Positions 31,646 to 37,932 of a stretch of 37,932 nucleotides of DNA are shown here, one piece after another. The position numbers were made by a program, and so were the translations under genes. Origin of the DNA: a virus. The stretch is taken from the IMG/VR virus record IMGVR_UViG_3300009506_000100, positions 1-37,932 of that record; one strand, written 5' to 3'. Numbering within the stretch: the stretch's first letter is position 1; each line of letters begins with the position of its first letter. The notes beneath the pieces were generated by a model. That model was not told the origin of the DNA. It saw only the letters and a program-made list of their open reading frames with translations, and did no database searches.

Positions 31646-31688
31646 CTGAATTCTCCTGTCTGTGGTCTATGATCGGTGGTACACTTCT

Positions 31689-31717
31689 ATTAAAGCATAT
31701 CTCGGGACTTTATGCAA
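31689..31717 (-). promoter_or_regulatory. Early promoter candidate, copy A (TTGCAT-N17-TTTAAT on the minus strand)
   Basis: ATTAAA at 31689-31694 and ATGCAA at 31712-31717 on the + strand, with a 17-nt spacer. Part of a ~80-bp unit duplicated at 32087-32165. Confidence 0.55.
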
Positions 31718-31729
31718 GTCCCGTGTGCG

Positions 31730-32086
31730 TCATTTGAGGTTGGAAGCCGACACGGTGTAACGATAACCGTTGGCGTCGACCAGTGTGTAACGGGTGCCAT
31801 TCCAGCACTCCCGAATCTTGACGATGGTTGCGCTGTGATCTTGGTACTGCTTGGTTTTGGTCACCATGAAGTCGGCGCTGATGGTTGCGGTGTCACCGAC
31901 TTTGAAGGTTTTCCGCTCGCCCCGGCGAACCGATGCCTTGACTGACTCGGGGAACGGGCTGTTTTTGGCCGGGTTGGACCAATCCGGGCAGGCCACGGTA
32001 TCGATGCACAGGCTGGTCAGCCCATTGACGTAAACGCGGCGATATCCGTTGAGGTCAGCGCGGAGCCAGATTTTGGTGGTGGTCAT
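31730..32086 (-). CDS. Hypothetical protein (118 aa), first early gene
   Basis: The ATG is preceded by the conserved 21-nt leader. Lies directly downstream of early promoter copy B. Confidence 0.6.
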   Translation of the reverse strand: MTTTKIWLRADLNGYRRVYVNGLTSLCIDTVACPDWSNPAKNSPFPESVKASVRRGERKTFKVGDTATISADFMVTKTKQYQDHSATIVKIRECWNGTRYTLVDANGYRYTVSASNLK

Positions 32087-32130
32087 GGTGTATCTCCTGT
32101 CTGTGGTCTATGAAAAAGTGCTACACCCCA

Positions 32131-32159
32131 ATTAAAGCACACTCCGGGCCTTTATGCAA
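32131..32159 (-). promoter_or_regulatory. Early promoter candidate, copy B (TTGCAT-N17-TTTAAT on the minus strand)
   Basis: ATTAAA at 32131-32136 and ATGCAA at 32154-32159, with a 17-nt spacer. Same architecture as copy A. Confidence 0.55.
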
Positions 32160-32309
32160 GTGTCGTCACATTTCTGTCGGGAGCAGCACCTCCGGGGGTG
32201 CCTCGTCGAGATGCCGTCCGAAATGCGGCGCGGGGGTGTGAATATGTGTTCCGGGAGGGGGTCCGGTCTGTTCTGGCGTTCTGGCTGCAGCCAGAACAGA
32301 CATACTCAA

Positions 32310-32336
32310 ACACCCGTGGAACGCCCGTCCTGACGG
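32310..32336. repeat. 27-bp perfect direct repeat, copy 1 (acacccgtggaacgcccgtcctgacgg)
   Basis: Identical to 32383-32409, with a 73-bp period. Lies within the iteron region. Confidence 0.9.
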
Positions 32337-32382
32337 GTCAGACGCTGCAAACGGACGGAACGACGCGGTCTGTAGGCTCATG

Positions 32383-32409
32383 ACACCCGTGGAACGCCCG
32401 TCCTGACGG
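32383..32409. repeat. 27-bp perfect direct repeat, copy 2
   Basis: Identical to 32310-32336. Confidence 0.9.
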
Positions 32410-32779
32410 TATGTGAATGTCTGTTCCGGGCTGAGAACCCGCGTCGGACGGGCAGGTGAATGCTCAGGCACCTGATGTTAGCGGTCATTAACTTGACAAA
32501 CTTAGTGCCGTTTGTTCCGGAACAGACCCCCCCAGCCAGAACAGAGCCAGAACAGACGCCCGCCCCGCTACGACGCGCCTTAGACGCACATACACACCCG
32601 TCTGTTCTGTTGTTCTACCCTCACGTACGCATCTGTGTGCAGGTGCAGCCCCGCAGCCCCGTACTACCCGAGTGCATGTACGCCCGGCATAGGGCCAGAA
32701 CAGACCAAGTGCGACAGTCGGAGTTGTGCACGCAGTGCGGTATGGTGTGGTGCTAAGTAATATCGAATCGACACCATAG

Positions 32780-32808
32780 TTGACCCGTGCTCGGGTGTGT
32801 GGTATCCT
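32780..32808 (+). promoter_or_regulatory. Rightward promoter candidate for the late/structural arm (TTGACC-N17-TATCCT with a TGn extended -10)
   Basis: TTGACC at 32780-32785, a 17-nt spacer, then tgg TATCCT at 32803-32808. Sits ~28 nt upstream of the HNH start codon. Confidence 0.45.
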
Positions 32809-32835
32809 CAACTCGTCACATACAGGTGCGATGCC

Positions 32836-33144
32836 ATGACGAGCAGACGGGAACTGCAGGCGCTATACCATACGGCCAGATGGCGTAGGTTGCGTCGGCA
32901 GTTCCTGCAGCAGCACCCACTGTGCAAGTTCCACATGGAGTCGGGTAAGTTGGTGCCATCTGAGGTAGTCGATCACGTGGTGCCACACAAGGGAAATACC
33001 GACTTGTTCTGGGACGAGGGCAACCTACAGGCGCTGTGCAAGTGGTGTCACGACTCGCTGAAGCGCAGAGTTGAAGTGTCGAGGGTACATAGTGTAGCGT
33101 TTGATGAGCATGGCCTGCCTCGGGACGGCAAGCAGCACTGGTGA
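32836..33144 (+). CDS. HNH endonuclease (102 aa), terminase-associated type
   Basis: YHTARWRRLRRQFLQQHPLC ... VVDHVVPHKGNTDLFWDEGNLQALCKWCHDSLK is a typical phage HNH pattern. Lies immediately upstream of terS/terL, as in HK97-like cos phages. The start is taken at the ATG of MTSRRE. Confidence 0.85.
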   Translation: MTSRRELQALYHTARWRRLRRQFLQQHPLCKFHMESGKLVPSEVVDHVVPHKGNTDLFWDEGNLQALCKWCHDSLKRRVEVSRVHSVAFDEHGLPRDGKQHW

Positions 33145-33194
33145 CTAGGGGGGTACTGAAACTTTGGGAGTTTAGCTTCCAATCGCCCCCCTAG
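33145..33194. other. 9-bp-arm inverted repeat (CTAGGGGGG ... CCCCCCTAG) with a nested AAACT/AGTTT hairpin, between the HNH and terS genes. Candidate cos or terminase recognition region.
   Basis: Arms at 33145-33153 and 33186-33194, read directly. The location matches the HNH - cos - terS order of HK97. Confidence 0.35.
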
Positions 33195-33232
33195 CCGAAA
33201 ATCAACACATGTACAGGAGTCGGGATACAACA

Positions 33233-33694
33233 ATGAAGTCCACGGACCGTAGATTTGGCAGTAAGGCAGACCAGCAGTTATTTGCTGATGCCGCTGAATC
33301 CGTATTGCCGCCTGATGGGGTTGAATTACGCAGCAATGAAGAGCGCGTGATCTGGCACCAGTTCACCAAGGTGCGTACGAAGTCCGACTGGCGCGATTTC
33401 GACTTAGTCATTCTTGCGAAAGTGGTGCGTCTGGAGGCAGACATCCGCAAGTACCAGAAGAAGGTCGACTCGGAAGGCCCCACAGTTACCAACGCTCGTG
33501 GCACACCCGTCACGAACCCCATGCTCACGGCATTGTGCGCCCTGCAGTCACAGCAGCTGGCGTTGATCCGTAACCTGAGCCTCAGCCAGAGCGGGTCAGA
33601 CCCGCGCACCAAAAACCGCACCGGCTCCCGTGGCGTCGACGCTGGGTCCGCGATGGACGAGTTGGGCGGCGACGGGCTGATACCGCTGCAATGA
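33233..33694 (+). CDS. Terminase small subunit, P27 family (153 aa from the ATG at 33233; alternative ATG at 33209)
   Basis: ...DFDLVILAKVVRLEADIRKYQKKVDSEGPTVTNARGTPVTNPMLTAL...LIRNLSLSQSG matches the P27-family TerS pattern. ATGA overlap with terL. Confidence 0.75.
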   Translation: MKSTDRRFGSKADQQLFADAAESVLPPDGVELRSNEERVIWHQFTKVRTKSDWRDFDLVILAKVVRLEADIRKYQKKVDSEGPTVTNARGTPVTNPMLTALCALQSQQLALIRNLSLSQSGSDPRTKNRTGSRGVDAGSAMDELGGDGLIPLQ

Positions 33695-35229
33695 AGAGGC
33701 ACGCACCAGTCCCCGGTAAGACTTCAATGACTCGCGGCGAGCGGGTTATAGCTTTCATCGAAAAATACTGCATCACCCCCGATGGTGCCCACGTGGGCAA
33801 GCCCATCATCCTCGATGAATTTCAGAAGTCGTTCATACTCGACGTGTATGACAACCCGCACGTAACAAATAACGCCATCTTGTCGATGGCCCGCAAGAAT
33901 GGCAAAACCGCGTTGATCGCCGCTATCACTCTGGCTCATCTGGTCGGCCCGGAAGCACGCCGCAACTCGCAGATCGTGTCAGGTGCGCGAAGCAGGAAGC
34001 AGGCCGCGCAGGTGTACAACTATGCGTCCAAGATGGCTGCGCTGTCGCCTAAGCTGCGGCAGATCGTGCGCACAGTCCCAAGCAGCAAGATGCTGATAGG
34101 TATTCCGCTCAACGTGGAGTATTACGCGCTGTCCGCCGAATCGACTACTGCCATGGGTGAGTCACCCATCCTCGCCATTCTTGACGAAGTGGGTCAGGTG
34201 GTCGGACCCTCCGATGCATTCATCGATGCTATCACCACTGCGCAGGGTGCGCACGAGTCGCCGCTGCTGATATCGATCAGCACGCAGGCTGCGAACGATT
34301 CCGACCTGTTCAGCATCTGGATCGATGATGCTCTCACCGGCAAGGACAAGCGGACCGTGGTTCATCTGTACACGGCAACGCCAGCTGCCGATTTGGACGA
34401 CGAACACGCATGGGCCATGGCTAATCCAGCTATGGGGGTTTTTCGCAGTAAGGAAGACATCGCATCGATGGCTGCGAAGGCCAAGCGCATGCCCTCATTT
34501 GCAAACACGTTCCGTAACCTGATCCTCAATCAGCGTGTGTCGAGCCACTCGCCATTCGTGAGCAAGGACGTCTGGACCAAGTGTGGTGGCGAGATCGATG
34601 AATCGGTATTCGACGATCATGTGTGTTATATCGGCGTCGACTTATCGCAGCGCACTGACTTGACATCAGCCGTCATCATCGCGCAGGACGACGATGGTGA
34701 ATGGCACGTGAAGCCGTTATTTTGGACTCCCGAGAACGGGCTGCACGATCGTGTGCTGCGTGATAAGGCACCTTATGATGTGTGGGTTGATCGTGGGTTC
34801 CTGCGCACAACTCCCGGCAACACCGTTGATTACTCGGTGGTAGCACGTGATCTGGCGGAAGAGATGGACGGGCGCGATGTCGGCTTCCTCGCATTCGATC
34901 GCTGGCGATTTGACGTCATGCAGAAGGCATTGGACGACCTTGAACTCGGGTGGGAAGTGAAACCATTCGGTCAGGGGTTCAAGGACATGGGGCCAGCAGT
35001 CGACAATATTGAAGCGCTTTTGCTCGACTCTATGCTGCGGCACGGCATGAATCCAGTGCTGACGATGTGCGCGGCCAACACCGTGATTGTGAAAGACCCT
35101 GCTGGTAATCGAAAGTTTGATAAGGCCAAATCAACAGGTCGCATCGACGGCATGGTTGCATTGCTGATGGCTTATGGTGTGGCCAATGCCGAGAAGACTG
35201 AAACGAGTCCGGGGATGGTACTGTTATGA
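33691..35229 (+). CDS. terL: Terminase large subunit (Terminase_1 type), 512 aa
   Basis: Walker A region ILSMARKNGKTALIAAI. The ILDEVGQV motif, the nuclease half, size and position are all typical. Confidence 0.9.
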   Translation: MKRHAPVPGKTSMTRGERVIAFIEKYCITPDGAHVGKPIILDEFQKSFILDVYDNPHVTNNAILSMARKNGKTALIAAITLAHLVGPEARRNSQIVSGARSRKQAAQVYNYASKMAALSPKLRQIVRTVPSSKMLIGIPLNVEYYALSAESTTAMGESPILAILDEVGQVVGPSDAFIDAITTAQGAHESPLLISISTQAANDSDLFSIWIDDALTGKDKRTVVHLYTATPAADLDDEHAWAMANPAMGVFRSKEDIASMAAKAKRMPSFANTFRNLILNQRVSSHSPFVSKDVWTKCGGEIDESVFDDHVCYIGVDLSQRTDLTSAVIIAQDDDGEWHVKPLFWTPENGLHDRVLRDKAPYDVWVDRGFLRTTPGNTVDYSVVARDLAEEMDGRDVGFLAFDRWRFDVMQKALDDLELGWEVKPFGQGFKDMGPAVDNIEALLLDSMLRHGMNPVLTMCAANTVIVKDPAGNRKFDKAKSTGRIDGMVALLMAYGVANAEKTETSPGMVLL

Positions 35230-36461
35230 ATAAATGGGAACAAACGCTTGCGCGTATTCGCGAAAATCCGAACGGAAGCAAGGTTCTGAAGGAATGGCTG
35301 CACGGGCGTGGCGCTATCGAGGCGTCGAGTACGTGGGACCCACTATACAACACGACCGTTGCTGGGGGCAGCGCTGTCAATGCCATCACTGCGATGCAGT
35401 CGAGCGCCGTTTATGCATGCATATCGCTAATCGGCGGTGCTATCGCATCGATGCCCATGCACATCTACGAACGCCTGCCTGATCAGCGCAAACGTGCGGA
35501 TTCGAAGTTATGGTGGTTGCTGAATGAACAGCCGTCGCCGACCATCACTTCGGCGACGATGTGGGAATATCTACTAGCATCGAAGTTGCTGATGGGCGAC
35601 GGATTCGCGCAGATTCTGCGCCGGGGTGCCGAAATTGTCGGCCTTGAGCCGTGGTCGCCCACTCGTGTCGATGTGAAGCGCGTCGATGGTCGCCTCAAGT
35701 ATAAGTTAACACCCGAGGATGCGTCGGCATTCGTTGTCGACCAAGACGACATGCTGCATATTCCGGGTCCGGGGTTCAATGGCTTGCGCGGCATGAGCCA
35801 GATCAAGTTTGCATTGCGCAATGCGGTGGGCATTTCGCTCGCCGCAGACCAGTACAGCCACGACTTTTTTGATAACAGCGCACGCCCCGACTTTGTGCTG
35901 TCCTCACCGAACAACCTCACCGATAAGCAGATCGAACTCCTGCGCAAGACGTGGGAAGAGCGCTATGGCGGTAGTGGGAACAGGCACAAGCCCGCAGTTC
36001 TGTTCGGTGGCATGAAGGTCGAGCCGCTTAGCTTGAATGCTGAGGACGCGCAGTTGTTAAGCACGCGCCAGTTCCAGATCGAAGATATCGCCCGTGTGTT
36101 TGGGGTGCCGCCGTTTATGATCGGCCACACCGAGAAAACTACAAGTTGGGGCAGTGGTGTGGAGCAGATGGGCATCGGCTTCGTCAAGTTCACACTCACC
36201 ACCCACCTGAAGAAGATTGAACAGGAAATCAATCGGAAGTTTTGGCCCAGATACGAGCGCTATTTTGCGGAGTTCTCGACGTCTGGTCTGGAGCGCGGCG
36301 ATTACAAGAGTCGCAATGAAGGATACCGGATCGCTCTGGGTCGTGCTGGCGAGCCGGGATGGATGACCGTCAACGAAGTAAGACGTCTGGAGAATCTGCC
36401 GCCTATTGAGGGTGGCGATCAACTTACCGCAACCGCACCCTCTCAAGGAGCACAACCATGA
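35226..36461 (+). CDS. Portal protein, HK97 family (411 aa)
   Basis: SSAVYACISLIGGAIASMPMHIYER, PGPGFNGLRGMS and FGVPPFMIGH are typical of HK97-type portals. ATGA overlaps on both sides. Confidence 0.9.
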   Translation: MNKWEQTLARIRENPNGSKVLKEWLHGRGAIEASSTWDPLYNTTVAGGSAVNAITAMQSSAVYACISLIGGAIASMPMHIYERLPDQRKRADSKLWWLLNEQPSPTITSATMWEYLLASKLLMGDGFAQILRRGAEIVGLEPWSPTRVDVKRVDGRLKYKLTPEDASAFVVDQDDMLHIPGPGFNGLRGMSQIKFALRNAVGISLAADQYSHDFFDNSARPDFVLSSPNNLTDKQIELLRKTWEERYGGSGNRHKPAVLFGGMKVEPLSLNAEDAQLLSTRQFQIEDIARVFGVPPFMIGHTEKTTSWGSGVEQMGIGFVKFTLTTHLKKIEQEINRKFWPRYERYFAEFSTSGLERGDYKSRNEGYRIALGRAGEPGWMTVNEVRRLENLPPIEGGDQLTATAPSQGAQP

Positions 36462-37168
36462 TGAACAACCGTCTGCTCGCGTTTTACGCGAAGAATAAGT
36501 CACGCCCGCGCTGTTTCAACACGATTCGCAACGATGCTGGGCAGTCCACCGTATACCTCTATGACACGATCGTGTCCGATGATGAGGAGGCAGCATGGTT
36601 TGGTGGGGTGTCACCGATGGCCTTCATTCGTGCGCTTGGTGATATCGGAGGCGGCGACATAAATCTCCGCGTCAACAGTCCCGGCGGCAGTGTGTTTGGT
36701 GGGCAGGCCATCGCGCAGGCCATTCGCGATTATCCGGGCGCTATCAACGTAAAGGTTGACAGTCTGGCTGCTTCCGCCGCGTCTATTGTCGCTATCGCTG
36801 GTGATAATGTGCAGATGGCCCCGGGTTCGTACATGATGATCCATAAAGCGTGGACCATCGCTCTGGGTAATTCCAATGACTTGCTCGATGTGGCTGCGGT
36901 GCTTGACAAAATCGACAACACCCTTGCCGCTCAGTACGTCAACCGCACCGGCATCGACCAGCAGACGATAGCTGACATGATGGCGGCTGAAACTTGGCTT
37001 ACGGCTGAGGAGGCTATCAGCCAGAAATTCGCGGACTCGATGATTGATGCGCCAGTCAAGGCGCAGAATCGCTGGGACCTATCCGCGTTTAATAGTGCGC
37101 CGAAAATGGCGCACGGAACTGAAGTCGCGCACTTGCTGCGCAAGCAGCAGTTGATCGAAAGATCGTAA
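36458..37168 (+). CDS. Prohead (head maturation) protease, ClpP/S14-like (236 aa)
   Basis: Motifs INLRVNSPGGSVFGG, SLAASAASIVAIAGD (Ser nucleophile context) and YMMIHKAW (His). Lies between the portal and capsid genes. Confidence 0.85.
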   Translation: MMNNRLLAFYAKNKSRPRCFNTIRNDAGQSTVYLYDTIVSDDEEAAWFGGVSPMAFIRALGDIGGGDINLRVNSPGGSVFGGQAIAQAIRDYPGAINVKVDSLAASAASIVAIAGDNVQMAPGSYMMIHKAWTIALGNSNDLLDVAAVLDKIDNTLAAQYVNRTGIDQQTIADMMAAETWLTAEEAISQKFADSMIDAPVKAQNRWDLSAFNSAPKMAHGTEVAHLLRKQQLIERS

Positions 37169-37193
37169 TTCCCAACCAAACTAGGAGATGGAA

Positions 37194-37932
37194 ATGAAAC
37201 TCAGTATTCAAGAACTTCGCGAAAAGCGTGCAGCCGTTGCAACCAAGGCGCGTGCCCTGCTGGAAGACAACAAAGAGAAGTGGACTTCTGCCAACAATGA
37301 ACAGTACGACCAGTTCATGGCGGAAATCGACGACATCGATGGTCAGATCAGCCGCATCAATGCCCTGCACGATCGTTTGGCCGAAGATGACCTCAACGGC
37401 CAGCTGTCCAACTCGGTCGATCGTGCCACCAGCCGTCTGCCCACCGACGCCAAGAACAAGGCCAAGGCTTTGTACAACAAGTGGCTGCGCGGGGGCGATT
37501 CGGCCATCACTGCAGAAGAATGGGCAGACATCCGTGCAACGATGTCCACCACGACTCCTGCCGAAGGCGGTTACACGGTGCAAACCGAAGTTGCTGCGAT
37601 GCTGATCGACGCACTGAAGGCTTATGGCGGCATGCGTGCCGTTGCTGAAGTGATTCAGACTGCAATGGGCAACTCGATGTCGTTCCCCACTTCCGATGGC
37701 ACCACCGAAACCGGCGAACTCATCGCGGAAAACACGACTGCCACTGCCGCTGATCCGACGTTCGGCACCGTTGGCCTGAACGTCTACAAGTTCAGTTCCA
37801 AAGTGGTCGCGGTCCCGTTCGAACTGCTGCAGGATTCCGAGATCGACGTCGAAGCCTTCATCCAGCGTCGCCTAGTGCAGCGTCTTGGCCGAGTGACCAA
37901 CACGTACTTCACCACTGGTACTGGCACTGCGC
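37194..37932 (+). CDS. Major capsid protein, HK97 fold: N-terminal part including the coiled-coil delta domain. It runs off the window end and continues at nt 145 through the overlap.
   Basis: The ATG at 37194 lies 6 nt after AGGAG. Hand translation: MKLSIQELREKRAAVATKARALLEDNKEKW...ATMSTTTPAEGGYTVQTEVAAMLIDALKAYGGMRAV... The frame is open to the end of the window. Confidence 0.9.
   Translation, partial: MKLSIQELREKRAAVATKARALLEDNKEKWTSANNEQYDQFMAEIDDIDGQISRINALHDRLAEDDLNGQLSNSVDRATSRLPTDAKNKAKALYNKWLRGGDSAITAEEWADIRATMSTTTPAEGGYTVQTEVAAMLIDALKAYGGMRAVAEVIQTAMGNSMSFPTSDGTTETGELIAENTTATAADPTFGTVGLNVYKFSSKVVAVPFELLQDSEIDVEAFIQRRLVQRLGRVTNTYFTTGTGTA
37789..37932. repeat. Terminal assembly overlap, copy 2 (identical to 1-144)
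   Basis: See copy 1. Confidence 0.95.

Larger units (their letters stand above)
32244..32705. repeat. Iteron array: about 10 copies of an 11-bp motif, CC(A/G)GAACAGAC, in both orientations. Candidate origin or master regulatory region.
   Basis: Forward copies: 32291-32301, 32517-32527, 32536-32546, 32547-32557, 32695-32705. Reverse copies: 32244-32254 (9/11 match), 32266-32276, 32419-32429, 32510-32520, 32600-32610. The region includes the perfect 18-bp palindrome TTCTGGCTGCAGCCAGAA at 32279-32296. Confidence 0.8.

Noticed and set aside
31652-31690. Possible + strand antisense promoter (TGgTACACT extended -10) inside early promoter unit A
   Set aside because: No acceptable -35 is present (TGTCTG), the paralogous unit B reads TACACC, and the box is better explained as a conserved element just downstream of the minus-strand -10.
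32244-32705. Possible CRISPR array, because of the many short repeats
   Set aside because: The repeats are only 11 bp, occur in both orientations, and have irregular spacing from 0 to >100 bp. There are no cas genes. The pattern is an iteron or operator array, not a CRISPR array.
32166-32811. Three ORFs of ~100 aa in the hub region (32166-32471 -, 32460-32756 +, 32488-32811 -)
   Set aside because: Their sequences repeat PEQT/EQT only because they read through the 11-bp iterons. They have no SD, they overlap one another on both strands, and the region is better explained as non-coding repeats.
1-37932. Lysogeny functions, cargo defence or anti-defence systems, toxin-antitoxin pairs, a reverse transcriptase or diversity-generating retroelement near the tail fibre genes
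   Set aside because: No integrase, recombinase, CI/Cro-like repressor pair, RT or recognisable toxin motifs were seen in any frame. The ~12 small early proteins are unassigned and could include anti-defence factors, but nothing in their sequences lets me claim that.

Overview
The window is a complete, circularly closed genome of a tailed phage with a siphovirus-type long tail. Nt 1-144 are identical to nt 37789-37932, so the unit length is 37,788 bp. The junction falls inside the HK97-fold major capsid gene, so this is assembly overlap, not a biological terminal repeat.

Two divergent transcription arms leave a ~750 bp non-coding control region (32087-32835).

- Rightward late arm (+ strand, 32836 through the junction to 14974): HNH endonuclease, candidate cos hairpin, TerS (P27 type), TerL, HK97-type portal, ClpP-like prohead protease, major capsid protein. 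These are followed by two small unknown proteins, an SPRY-domain protein, a gp6-like connector and the tail tube protein. Next come the G/GT tail chaperones with an A_AAA_AAC -1 frameshift, an HK97 gp10-like protein and the tape measure protein. A GTA-like distal tail module follows (DUF2460-like, DUF2163-like, NlpC/P60 peptidase, and a 1124-aa host-specificity protein with an inserted LVIVD beta-propeller), then a DUF2793-like protein. The arm ends with two small membrane proteins, a GH24 lysozyme fused to a C-terminal two-TM domain, and an SNase-like nuclease.
- Leftward early/middle arm (- strand, 32086 down to 14989): about 12 small unknown early proteins, an AEP prim-pol, an SNF2 helicase, an SF1 helicase, a family A DNA polymerase with proofreading exonuclease, and an SSB. 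The last operon encodes a PurA-like (PurZ-type) enzyme, a MazG-like protein, an HD phosphohydrolase, a VRR-NUC nuclease and a small membrane protein.

The strongest signal is the purZ/mazZ/datZ-like cluster beside the PolA gene. It predicts that this phage replaces adenine with 2-aminoadenine (Z base) in its DNA. That pathway was reported in 2021, so it is not new as a system, but it is the key biology here.

Other points worth follow-up:
- the lysozyme-membrane-domain fusion with an in-frame internal SD+ATG;
- the beta-propeller insertion in the host-specificity protein;
- a dense 11-bp iteron array;
- three families of repeated promoter-like elements, one overlapped by a 16-bp palindrome;
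- a C-terminal module shared by two early proteins, one of which is histone-H1-like.

No integrase, repressor, tRNA, rRNA, CRISPR array or transposon was recognised. All homology calls rest on motif recognition by eye, not on database searches.
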